Below, in pieces: positions 1-8,427 of a stretch of DNA of 58,191 bases (its first letter is position 1; every line of letters begins with the position of its first letter). Source of the DNA: Candidatus Zipacnadia bacterium (GTDB taxonomy: Bacteria > Armatimonadota > Zipacnadia > Zipacnadales > UBA5352); the NCBI GenBank assembly GCA_029820295.1, contig JALGVA010000009.1, positions 1 through 58,191 of the forward strand. Direction: 5' to 3'. A program made the translations under genes and the position numbers. Under the pieces are notes generated by a model. It was given only the letters and a program-made list of their open reading frames with translations, did no database searches and had not been told where the DNA came from.

Positions 1-337
1 TGATCTGCTGAGCATCGCGCCGCGAGAGAATCGTTGTCTTCGCAGAGGCGATGAACTGCGCCAGTCTGCTAATGTCGAGTCCCAACGACGGCCGCCCCAT
101 TGCTGAGGCCTCTACCAGCGTTGTGCCCCCGCCCATGAAAGGGTCAAAGACTAAATCGCCCGGGGTGCTGAACGCATCGATGATCGCGCGGGCAAAGGCG
201 GGGCTGAACCGCGCTGGGTAGCGGTAGAAGTCGTGCGTGAGACCTGCGACCCTCGCATCGTCGTGAACGGCATGCACTACACCAGCGAGGCCGTCGGCGG
301 CCGCTCCCCCGACGCCTCGGCGTCCGTGACTCGGCAT
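1..337 (-). CDS. DNA methyltransferase (N4/N6 class), N-terminal fragment; the 3' end runs off the window
   Basis: Translating the minus strand from the ATG at 337 gives ...FYRYPARFSPAFARAIIDAFSTPGDLVFDPFMGGGTTLVEASAMGRPSLGLDIS..., with no stop before position 1. DPFMGGGTT matches the DPPY-class AdoMet-binding motif (DPFxGSGTT). It is absent from the ORF track because it is truncated at the window edge. Confidence 0.55.
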   Translation of the reverse strand, partial: MPSHGRRGVGGAAADGLAGVVHAVHDDARVAGLTHDFYRYPARFSPAFARAIIDAFSTPGDLVFDPFMGGGTTLVEASAMGRPSLGLDISRLAQFIASAKTTILSRRDAQQI

Positions 338-357
338 TCGTCACCCCCGGGCGGCAG

Positions 358-783
358 CTATCGCACCTCAGCCTGATCGCTGGGTGAGTTCGCGGTCGCG
401 GGCGAGAGACCTTCCTCCGCCGCGATGAACTCCACGCCGTCCAGCCCTTGCAGGTGCGCGTCGGCGGTGACCAGCGTGGCGGAGTGCACCTGCGCGGTCG
501 CGTAGATCAGCGCATCCGCCATGGGCAGGTCGTGGCGCAGGCTGATGTCCGCCGCCTCCACCGCGATCCGCTCGTCCAGCGGCACCACCTCATACTCGCG
601 CAGCCGCGCCACCGCCGCCAGCGCCTCGGTCTGCGGGCGCGTACGCAGCATGAACTTCGCGACCTCGTAGATCACCACCGTGGGCACCAGCGCGTCCTCG
701 CGCGCCAGCCACTCGCCAACCCGGTCTGCACGCGGACCGTCCACCAGCCAGTCAATCCAGCCCGAGGAGTCCAGGACGATCAA
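358..783 (-). CDS. vapC: VapC-type PIN-domain toxin
   Basis: 141 aa with a PIN-like N-terminus (MIVLDSSGWIDWL...) and acidic residues spaced as in VapC. It overlaps the upstream antitoxin gene by 4 nt. Confidence 0.8.
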   Translation of the reverse strand: MIVLDSSGWIDWLVDGPRADRVGEWLAREDALVPTVVIYEVAKFMLRTRPQTEALAAVARLREYEVVPLDERIAVEAADISLRHDLPMADALIYATAQVHSATLVTADAHLQGLDGVEFIAAEEGLSPATANSPSDQAEVR

Positions 784-998
784 TAGCGGTCCCTCTCATC
801 CCGGATGTCGCTGGTATCGGCGCCCTTCGCGATCCCCCGTAGCTCGTCGAGCGAGCGCACCGGCACGAAGTGCATGACGCCGCCCAGCACGATGACCTGG
901 AGCTTCTGGCCGGGCTTGATGCCGAGCTGCTCGCGGACCTCCTTGGGGATGACCACCTGATACCGGCTCGATACCGTTGTCGCCGTCATTGGCCTCAC
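780..998 (-). CDS. vapB: AbrB/SpoVT/MazE-family antitoxin VapB
   Basis: 72 aa; VVIPKEVREQLGIKPGQKL is a swapped-hairpin AbrB-type motif. Its stop overlaps the vapC start. Confidence 0.75.
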   Translation of the reverse strand: MRPMTATTVSSRYQVVIPKEVREQLGIKPGQKLQVIVLGGVMHFVPVRSLDELRGIAKGADTSDIRDERDRY

Positions 999-1057
999 CG
1001 TAAGACGGGAATACGTTCGATGGCCCTATTATCATACCAGGCGCCGTTCAAAGTCAA

Positions 1058-2353
1058 TCACGTCTGCTGCCCGAAGTACTTCGCCGCCAGCTCGCGCACC
1101 TCGGCCATCTGCGCGTCGGGGATGGCGCGCCTAAAGGGCAGGTCGCTGAAGGCGCACTGATACGCCAGGTGCGCGAGGGCGTTGGCGTGCATCGCGATCA
1201 CCTGCGACGAGATCGACTGCAGATCGTCCAGGTGCGAGTGGTGGAAGTAGCGCGTCCCCGCCTGGTTCATGCGGTGGAAGAACACCGACGGCACGCCGTG
1301 GACGTTGAACGGGAACATGTCCGAGAACGGCGACACCTCCGCCATGACCTCGCCCGAGATCACCGGCGCCGCCGGGGCCATCAGCGCGCGCACCGCCGTC
1401 AGCAACCCCTCGGGCCCCGCCACCATGAACTGGTTGCGTCCGGTGATCGCCGCCATGCTGTCGAGGTTGAGCATCACCCGCGTGCGCCCGACCTCGTCCG
1501 GGTGCATGGCGACATACTGACGCGAGCCCTCGGAAAGCTGCTCCTCGGCGCCGAAGCCGCAGAAGCGGATGGTGCGCGCGGGCGTCTCGCCCAGCCCCGC
1601 CAACATGCGCGCGGCTTCGAGCATCGCCGCCACGCCCGAGCCGTCGTCCTCCGCGCCGACGCCCACCACGACGCTGTCGATGTGCGCGCCGATGTGCACG
1701 AACTCATCGCCCGCGCCGGGCAGGTCGGCGAAGACGTTGATCGACTCGCCCGGCTCACTCCACGCATCCGAGAACATGCGCACGCGCGCCCCCGGCTCCT
1801 GCGCGAGCCGCAGCCCGTCCCAATAGGCGATGCACAGTTGCGGCCTGCGCAGCGTGTCACGCCAGTCGAAGGGCGTGCCGATGGATACCGGCCAGTCCAC
1901 CGGGAAGCGATCATCCACCCACAGCACACCGACGCAACCGCAGTCCTGGAGCCCCTGGAGGGTGGCGCGATCGCCCGCGTGCGGCCCCCACACGAGCAGG
2001 ATCTTCTCCTCGACATCGTGCATGGCCAGGTCGGCGGCGGTGCCGTGATCGACGTAGACGACTTCCGCCTCGAGCCCCTCTTCAGGCGCGGCGGGTGAGT
2101 TGGCCACCGGGATCGCTGGCAGCACGCGCGGCTCCGGGCCGGGCACCTCGACGCGCGCGACCTCGTAGCCCCACAGGTCGAAGGGGAAGCTCTCGATCGT
2201 CACGTTGCTCAGGCCCAGCGCGCGCATGACCTCGGCGACGTGCTCGGCCGCCTCACGCTCGGCCTTGGACGCCCCGAGGCGATTGCCGATGTCGCGGCAC
2301 AGCACGCGCAGGGTCTCGTCGATGTTGGCGGGCGATGCGTTGAAGGTGGGCAT
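1058..2353 (-). CDS. M28-family zinc aminopeptidase
   Basis: 431 aa with HIDSV and GAEDDGSGVAAMLEAAR zinc-ligand motifs typical of peptidase M28. Confidence 0.7.
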   Translation of the reverse strand: MPTFNASPANIDETLRVLCRDIGNRLGASKAEREAAEHVAEVMRALGLSNVTIESFPFDLWGYEVARVEVPGPEPRVLPAIPVANSPAAPEEGLEAEVVYVDHGTAADLAMHDVEEKILLVWGPHAGDRATLQGLQDCGCVGVLWVDDRFPVDWPVSIGTPFDWRDTLRRPQLCIAYWDGLRLAQEPGARVRMFSDAWSEPGESINVFADLPGAGDEFVHIGAHIDSVVVGVGAEDDGSGVAAMLEAARMLAGLGETPARTIRFCGFGAEEQLSEGSRQYVAMHPDEVGRTRVMLNLDSMAAITGRNQFMVAGPEGLLTAVRALMAPAAPVISGEVMAEVSPFSDMFPFNVHGVPSVFFHRMNQAGTRYFHHSHLDDLQSISSQVIAMHANALAHLAYQCAFSDLPFRRAIPDAQMAEVRELAAKYFGQQT

Positions 2354-2377
2354 GGGCGTCGTCTCCCCTCGGGCTCC

Positions 2378-3412
2378 TCAGAACTCGTCCTCGGTGAAGT
2401 AGTAGCCGCGGATCTGGGCCATGGGCGCATCGTCCTTGATGTAGCTCACGGCGAAGATGCGGCCGTCGGCGAGCTGCACCCAGCCGGTGTACGACGAGTC
2501 CGACTGCGCATTGCGGTCGTGGTCGAGCGGCAGCACCACGCCCGTCTGGTCCTCGCGCAGCACCGACAGCGCCGACTCGACGGTCTCGCGGTAGGCAAAC
2601 AGATTCTTCGCGAACGGGCCATGACCGGGCTGGTGGCGGTAGAGCACCATCACATGCCCCGAGGCGGTCAGCCCCGGCACCGGGCGGTGGCAGCCGTTCA
2701 TGGGCGTATCAAACGGCCCCCGCCAGTCCTCGCCTTCATCGAAGGAGATGCACTTCGGGCCCGGCACGCCGGTGCGCGAGTTGTCGCGCATGTAGCACAC
2801 CACCTCGCCGCCGGGAAGCTGCACCATGCCGCCCTCGCACGCCCAGTAGTGGTGCGTGGAGCAGACCGTGACCGGCCCGCGCCAGCTCGCGGCCCCGTCG
2901 TCGGAGATGAAGACCATCTGGCGCGACAGGTTGCTCGTCTCGGGCGCGCGCACGTGCGTGCCCAGCAGCAGCCGCCCGGACGCCAGCTCCACGATGCGGT
3001 CGGGAACGATGCCGCACACCGGCGTCTCGACCGGCTCGCCGAAGCTCACGCCGTCGTCGGTGCTCGTCCACAGCCAGACCTTCGAGTCATACTGCGAGCC
3101 CCCCTCGCCGGGGGGAACCGGATAGCCGTCGCACAGGGCGATGATGCGCCCGTCGGCAAGCTGGCTGATGCGCGGGCAGTTCCACTTGAAGAGCACGCCG
3201 TCGGTCTTCTCGGAGCGCGTCAGGTACTGCTTCTCCGACCACGTGCGCCCGCCATCGTCGCTCACGCGCCAGACGAGGTGCGAGAACTCGGCGGCTGAGT
3301 GGCTCTCGCTCTCGCGGTAGACGAGGATCAGGCGGCCGGTGACGGTCAGGCACACGTCGGGGAAGCACTCGTAGATGGCGTCGTCGCGGCTGATGGTCAA
3401 CCTCTCGATCAT
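2378..3412 (-). CDS. BNR/sialidase-like beta-propeller protein (GH33-like fold)
   Basis: Repeated S-x-D-x-G-x-T-W-like motifs (SDDGGRTWS, STDDGVSF, SDDGAASW). I placed the start at MIERLTISRDD (ATG 3412); the Cys/Arg-rich N-terminal extension of ORF 2378..3634 looks like non-coding read-through. Confidence 0.55.
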   Translation of the reverse strand: MIERLTISRDDAIYECFPDVCLTVTGRLILVYRESESHSAAEFSHLVWRVSDDGGRTWSEKQYLTRSEKTDGVLFKWNCPRISQLADGRIIALCDGYPVPPGEGGSQYDSKVWLWTSTDDGVSFGEPVETPVCGIVPDRIVELASGRLLLGTHVRAPETSNLSRQMVFISDDGAASWRGPVTVCSTHHYWACEGGMVQLPGGEVVCYMRDNSRTGVPGPKCISFDEGEDWRGPFDTPMNGCHRPVPGLTASGHVMVLYRHQPGHGPFAKNLFAYRETVESALSVLREDQTGVVLPLDHDRNAQSDSSYTGWVQLADGRIFAVSYIKDDAPMAQIRGYYFTEDEF

Positions 3413-3677
3413 CGCGCCCCGCTCCCTTGCGCAGCCGGCGTAGATGTCGAAGGGACCTTTCGCCGTGAGGGAGCGCAGGGCCTGCGCGGAGAGCGAACAG
3501 CAGCGGGAACGGCAACGGCAAAGGCAACGGCGCACGGGCGAGACCGCCCGTGCTACGAACGACGACGAGCACGACACGGCAACAGCCGACGCATGTGACC
3601 GGGCGTCGCTACGAGCGGCGGATGGCAACGGCATGGGGGCGTGGACGTCTTACCTGCCGGAGTGAGCAGGCTGGGGG

Positions 3678-4310
3678 TCACGCGCGCGCTTCGCGCTCGT
3701 CGCCCTCCGGTTCGAGTTCGAGGTCCAGCTCCAGCGGCTCCCAGCCGGCCAGGCCCAGGTCCTCGGGCAGCGCCGCGCCCCACATGCGCCAGACGCGGCC
3801 GCTGAAGGCGAGGCTGAACAGCCCGCCGCCGGCGAGGGCGATGGCGAGGTAGCCCAGGGCGAGGTGGTGCTGCACGTGTGCGAGGTAGGATGCGGGGGCG
3901 TGCCAGGCGTCGAGCATGAAGAACGAGTACGCGCGTCCGGCGAGCACGGCGGCGAGGCACAGGCCGACGATGACGGGCGAGGCGCAGGCCGCCGCCATGC
4001 GCAGGGCCTCGTCGCGGCGCAGGCGCGCGATGTGGCAGGCGACGAGCGACCCGAGCAGGGCGCCCAGGTAGACGCTCAGGCGCTGGGAGGGGTCGGCCAG
4101 TACCGACAGGTCCCACCAGTGCGCCCCCATGCGGGCGCTGATGGCCAGGTGCGTACCCGCGCCCGCGGGCGCGCCGATCATCGCCCCCCATGAGCCGATG
4201 CGGAAGAGCCGGTGCCAGCGCTCGGGAAGCAGCTCCGCATAGGACCACATGTAGAGGCAGGCCGCGCACGCGGCCACCGCCCCCGCAGTTGTCAGCCACT
4301 GGATGTGCAT
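3678..4310 (-). CDS. small polytopic membrane protein of unknown function, last gene of the flotillin operon
   Basis: 210 aa, hydrophobic segments throughout, acidic C-terminus. Co-directional with and 107 nt downstream of the flotillin gene. Confidence 0.4.
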   Translation of the reverse strand: MHIQWLTTAGAVAACAACLYMWSYAELLPERWHRLFRIGSWGAMIGAPAGAGTHLAISARMGAHWWDLSVLADPSQRLSVYLGALLGSLVACHIARLRRDEALRMAAACASPVIVGLCLAAVLAGRAYSFFMLDAWHAPASYLAHVQHHLALGYLAIALAGGGLFSLAFSGRVWRMWGAALPEDLGLAGWEPLELDLELEPEGDEREARA

Positions 4311-4347
4311 GTCGCTCGCTCATCCCCCGGGGTGCCGAGGGGAAATC

Positions 4348-4376
4348 GGGGGACGCGAGTCGCGCTCGCGTCCCCC
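4348..4376 (-). terminator. GC-rich hairpin (12-bp perfect stem, 5-nt loop) just downstream of the flotillin stop
   Basis: GGGGGACGCGAG tcgcg CTCGCGTCCCCC. There is no U-tract, which is usual in this GC range. Confidence 0.4.
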
Positions 4377-4416
4377 GGTCGTGTCCGAGCAGTCTACCCC
4401 ACCGCCCCCCGGCCTG

Positions 4417-6393
4417 TCACGCCGGTTCGCCGGCGGAGCCGTCGGTGGCGTCCTCCTTCGCCTCGACGGCCTCCACGACCTCCCCGCTCGGCGCGCGGCC
4501 GTTGGCGGTCGCGGTGAACCGGCTGATCGCCCCGGCCAGCACGTCACGCAGCTCGGGGATGGCGTTGCTCAGGGTTGCGGCGGCGGCCTCGATGGCGCCC
4601 TCGGGCATGGTGCTGGTGAAGCCGTCCACCCAGGCGCTGACGCCGGCCGCCTTGGAGAACGAGTCGAGCACGCCGCCCAGCATCTGCGGGTCGCCGTAGA
4701 GGTTCATGTCGGCGGCGCTCAGTGCGCTGCCCACCGACTGGGCGAAGGCCACGCCCACCTCCTTGCGGGCGCTGATGTCCGCGAGCACCTTCTCCAGCTC
4801 GACGGAGATCTGCTCGTACTCGGCCTTGGCCGCAAGCTCGGAGCGCAGCACCTGCACGCGGGCGGCCTCGACATCCTGGACGCGCTGGGCGTCCACCGCC
4901 ACCTGCTCGCGGTTGACGTTGACCGGCACCATCTGCCTGGCCTGCTCGCCCTCGGCGGTGAGCCGGGCGGCGTCGCGCTCGGCCTCGGCCTTGGCGCGGA
5001 TGGCCTCGGCGAGGCGGGCGGCCGCCTGCTGCTCGCCCTCGGCGACCTTGGCGTTCTTGTAGGCGGCGATGTCGGCCTCCATCTGCTGGCCAATCTTCTC
5101 CTGCTCCGCCGCCTGCTCGGCCGCGATCACCTGCACGCGCTTCTCGCGGTCGGCGGTCGCCACCTCTTCGACGGTGATGACCTCCTGCGCGGCCGCCTCA
5201 CGCTGCGCCTCCGCGGTGAGCTGCTCCTCCTCGGCCGCGGCGCGCCGCTGCTCGGCCTGAGCGATCGCCACCTGCCGCTCGCGCTGCGCCACCTCGACGG
5301 CGCGGTCGCGCTCCACGTCCGCGGTCTGGATCGCCTGGTTGCGCAGGATGTCCGCGGTCTGCTGCTCCTGCTCCTTGGCGATCAGGTCCTTCTGCGCCTG
5401 CACCTTGGCGACGTTGACCAGCAGATCGCGCTGTACACTGGCCTCCTGCACCTGCCGGTCCTTGTCGATCTCCTTGGTCTCTACCAGCCGGCGCTGCTCG
5501 ATCTCGTAGGTCTCGGCCTCCTGCCGGCGCTCCGAGCGGATCATCGCCACCTCGGACGCCTGCGTCGCCTCGGCTTCGGCCTGGTCCTTCTCGAGGTCGA
5601 GCACCTGCTTGCGGGTGTCCACGTTCTTCTGCGTGATCTCCCGCTCGGCATCGCGCTCGTACATGTTGCGCTCGACCCGCGCCTGCTGCGTGATCTCGGC
5701 GATCTTGCGCAGGCCCTGGGCGTCGAACACGTTATGCTCGTTGAGGCGCTCGGTGTCGGTCTGGTCGAGCCGGGAGATGGTCACCGACTCGAGCGTGAGG
5801 CCGTTGGACTTGAGGTCCTCGCGCACCAGGTCAGATACCGCGGTGGCGAAGTCGTCGCGCTCGGCGTGCAGTTGCGCGAGATCGCGCGTGGCCGCCACCG
5901 AACGCAGCGCGGATACGAGCTTCTCGAAGACCAGGTCCCGCACCGCCTCGGCGTTCACCGAGCGATCGCCGAGCGACCGGGACGCGTTGAGGATGTCGTC
6001 TTTGACGGCCTGCACCTTGATGTAGAACTCGGCGCGGATGTCGCAGCGCAGGTTGTCGCGGGTGATCAGGGCGTCCTCCCCGCCGCGCTCAACCTCCAGC
6101 TTCATGGTTTCGAGCACCACCGGCACGGTCTTGTGCACCACCGGGATCACGATGGCGCCGCCGTCGAGGACGACCGCACGGCCGCCCATGCCGGTGCGCA
6201 CGAAGGCCTCGTTGGCGCTGGTGCGCTGATAGAGCCGGGCGATGATGATCAGCACGCCCGACACCATCAGGATGACCGCGCCGATCACGGTCAGGATGAT
6301 CTGGCTGACCCAGGACACCTGACCGAACATGTCCGTCCACGGACCGATCACCAGCACGATGCCCAGGAGCACCATGACGATCGGAAGCAGCAT
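4417..6393 (-). CDS. flotillin / SPFH (band-7) domain protein, YqiK-like
   Basis: N-terminal TM segment, an SPFH domain, then a long Ala/Glu/Gln-rich coiled coil. Start chosen at MLLPIV (ATG 6393) because a GGAGGAG RBS sits 6 nt upstream. Confidence 0.8.
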   Translation of the reverse strand: MLLPIVMVLLGIVLVIGPWTDMFGQVSWVSQIILTVIGAVILMVSGVLIIIARLYQRTSANEAFVRTGMGGRAVVLDGGAIVIPVVHKTVPVVLETMKLEVERGGEDALITRDNLRCDIRAEFYIKVQAVKDDILNASRSLGDRSVNAEAVRDLVFEKLVSALRSVAATRDLAQLHAERDDFATAVSDLVREDLKSNGLTLESVTISRLDQTDTERLNEHNVFDAQGLRKIAEITQQARVERNMYERDAEREITQKNVDTRKQVLDLEKDQAEAEATQASEVAMIRSERRQEAETYEIEQRRLVETKEIDKDRQVQEASVQRDLLVNVAKVQAQKDLIAKEQEQQTADILRNQAIQTADVERDRAVEVAQRERQVAIAQAEQRRAAAEEEQLTAEAQREAAAQEVITVEEVATADREKRVQVIAAEQAAEQEKIGQQMEADIAAYKNAKVAEGEQQAAARLAEAIRAKAEAERDAARLTAEGEQARQMVPVNVNREQVAVDAQRVQDVEAARVQVLRSELAAKAEYEQISVELEKVLADISARKEVGVAFAQSVGSALSAADMNLYGDPQMLGGVLDSFSKAAGVSAWVDGFTSTMPEGAIEAAAATLSNAIPELRDVLAGAISRFTATANGRAPSGEVVEAVEAKEDATDGSAGEPA

Positions 6394-6433
6394 CGACCTC
6401 TCCTCCTGTCGCACGTCTTGTACGACGACCGGA

Positions 6434-7498
6434 TCACTGCTGGCTCAGGATGTCGGTGTCCCGGGCGGCGGGTGGACGTTCGCCGAACCGGCGCGTCTGG
6501 ACATCTTCAGGGCCAGCGACGCCGCCGGCACGAGCGCGCCCGTGCCCGTGCGCACCATCGTCTGACAGCGGAGATGTGGCGACATCATAGTAGTCACCCT
6601 CCGGGTGGTACCGGATCAAAATGACCTCGACTCCCTTGGGGACGCCACCGTCCATGGTGCGGCCCATGACCTGGTGCAGCGTGCCGCCCTCGTCCTTGAC
6701 GTGCACCAGCCCGCGCGCGCCCTCGTGGATGCCGTAGACGCAGGTGCCCACGTGCCCAACCAGGTCCTCCTCGGTCACCGCGTAGGTCTCGCGCGTGGGC
6801 ATGATGCGGCTCAGACCGCGCGCCACCGTACCGGTAAGCATCAGCGACGTCAGCGTGGCCAGCGCCAAGGACGGCCAGAAGTACACCGCCGGGCCCCACG
6901 AGAACGGCAGCACATGCTCGAACAGCCCGTTGGCGATCAGCCCCGAGGCGCCGAAGAGCACCATCAGGCAGGTCATCAGAATCGACACCGGCACCTTGCC
7001 GAAGCCCAGCACCGACAGCGCTCGGATCAGCAGCGACGGCTGCTGCGCGACCACCTCGTGCGCCTCGTGCTCGACGCCATGGCCGGGCCCGTGCTCACCT
7101 GCCACGTCGTGCTCGGTCGCCACGTCATGGTCGATGTCGTGGTCCATGTCCACGTCATGGTCCACGTCCAGGTCATGGTCTACGTCGAGATCGTGATCCA
7201 CGTCCAGGTCATGGTCCATGTCGATGTCGTGATCGGCGCCGATGTCCAGGTCATGATCCATGTCCAGATCATGCGCCAGGTCCACGTCGTGCGTGAGATC
7301 GACGTCGTGCGCGAGATCGACGTCGTGGTCCATGTCCACGTCGTGGGCCAGATCGAGGTCATGGGAGAGATCGACGTCGTGGTCCACGTCGGTGTCGTGC
7401 ACCTCGCTGCCGAGGCCCACGGCGCTGAGCACCAGGTAGACGCCGGAGAGGGCGACCGGCGCGACGAAGATCAGGTTGTACCACTCCAGCAGGTTCAT
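6434..7498 (-). CDS. NfeD-like (YqiJ-type) membrane protein with a long His-Asp repeat region
   Basis: N-terminal TM, then about 100 aa of (H-D-[VLI]-D-[LMV]-x) repeats, then TM segments and a C-terminal NfeD-like OB-fold region (VGHVGTCVYGIHEGARGLVHV...). An AAGGAGG RBS precedes the ATG at 7498. It lies immediately upstream of the flotillin gene, the typical nfeD-flotillin pairing. Confidence 0.7.
   Translation of the reverse strand: MNLLEWYNLIFVAPVALSGVYLVLSAVGLGSEVHDTDVDHDVDLSHDLDLAHDVDMDHDVDLAHDVDLTHDVDLAHDLDMDHDLDIGADHDIDMDHDLDVDHDLDVDHDLDVDHDVDMDHDIDHDVATEHDVAGEHGPGHGVEHEAHEVVAQQPSLLIRALSVLGFGKVPVSILMTCLMVLFGASGLIANGLFEHVLPFSWGPAVYFWPSLALATLTSLMLTGTVARGLSRIMPTRETYAVTEEDLVGHVGTCVYGIHEGARGLVHVKDEGGTLHQVMGRTMDGGVPKGVEVILIRYHPEGDYYDVATSPLSDDGAHGHGRARAGGVAGPEDVQTRRFGERPPAARDTDILSQQ
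7093..7402. repeat. 12-nt tandem coding repeat (GTCCACGTCATG-like units, about 25 copies) encoding the HDVD repeats of the NfeD-like protein
   Basis: Periodicity is visible directly in the sequence: gtccacgtcatggtccacgtccaggtcatggtctacgtcgagatcgtgatc... Confidence 0.8.
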
Positions 7499-7546
7499 CG
7501 CCCCGACCTCCTTGTGGCCGCAGAGCGGCGATTCCGGGGCAGTGCG

Positions 7547-8137
7547 TCAGTCCTGCGACAGGTGCGCCTCGCTATCGGACTCGTCCAGCAGCGCCCGCGC
7601 GCGCGCGAGCAGATCCCGCTCGGCAGGCCCCACTGGCGCCGCCGGCACCTCATCGGCGGGCGCGCCGGCGTCGAGTTGCGCCAGCACATCGAGTCTGTGC
7701 GCCTCGGCGCGCGCCTCGTCCTCCAGCCGGGCCAGCTCCTCGTCATGGCGCGCATGGCCGGCGCGCCCGATGGCCGCGCGCAGGTCGTCGCGCCGCCGGC
7801 TGATCTCGGCGCTGTGACGCACCGCGCCGAGCCGCTCCAGCCGCTCCTCCTCGGCCTCTTCGCGCTGCCGGTAGCGCTCGAGCAGTTCGTCGGCGCGCGC
7901 CCGCTCCTCCTCGAGGCGCGGCACCAGCGCGCTCAGCCGCGTCATCTCCGGCTCGGGCGCGGCCATCAGCTCGCGCAGCTCCAGCTCGGTGCGCCGCGCC
8001 TGGGCGACCGCCAGCAGCGCGAGTGTGCGCAGCTCCTCCAGCTCGGCGCGGACCTGCTCGGCCTCGCGCTCGCGCTCGTCCGTGTCGGCACGAAAAAAGT
8101 CAGCTACAATCGATCGCAGCCAACTGATGATCCGCAT
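7547..8137 (-). CDS. PspA/IM30-like coiled-coil protein (tentative)
   Basis: 196 aa, almost entirely charged coiled coil. The N-terminal amphipathic helix MRIISWLRSIVADFFRA resembles the PspA/Vipp1 N-terminus (MGIFSRFADII...). An AAGAGGG RBS is upstream. Confidence 0.4.
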   Translation of the reverse strand: MRIISWLRSIVADFFRADTDEREREAEQVRAELEELRTLALLAVAQARRTELELRELMAAPEPEMTRLSALVPRLEEERARADELLERYRQREEAEEERLERLGAVRHSAEISRRRDDLRAAIGRAGHARHDEELARLEDEARAEAHRLDVLAQLDAGAPADEVPAAPVGPAERDLLARARALLDESDSEAHLSQD

Positions 8138-8427
8138 ATTCGGCTGTACACCCTCTTAGCGGGCCTCTATGAGGAATATACCCCCCGCGCGCGGGGTCAA
8201 ACGGAAACCGGATTCCGCAGGCTTGCCGCAGCCGCCGGGCGCACGCTCCGGCCTTCCCGTGCGACGGGCGTCTCGCCCGTCGGCCGTCGCCACCGCCGTA
8301 CCGATGGGCCGCCCACGCCCCGCCGCCAGGCGCCGTCGCCGCTGCCGTAGGGAGGGGCCGCCCGGTGCCGCCCGTGGCCGGGACCGGGTGAGCCTCGCGA
8401 GCCGGAGGCGAGCGGGGGAGGGCCCCA

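Noticed and set aside
3413-3634. Cys/Arg-rich N-terminal extension of the sialidase-like ORF, and ORF 3444..3665 (+)
   Set aside because: Low-complexity sequence containing the GGCAACGG repeat motif, with no RBS. The BNR domain starts at ATG 3412.
8138-8230. Sigma70-like promoter for the PspA-like gene (TTTGAC ... TATATT on the minus strand)
   Set aside because: The spacer is only 14-15 nt and consists of a CCCCGCGCGCGGGG palindrome. This is too weak to call, and PspA promoters are often sigma54-dependent.
4303-8350. Plus-strand ORFs of 773 aa and 581 aa overlapping the flotillin, NfeD and PspA-like genes
   Set aside because: They are antisense artefacts. The minus-strand products have clear SPFH/NfeD features and RBSs.
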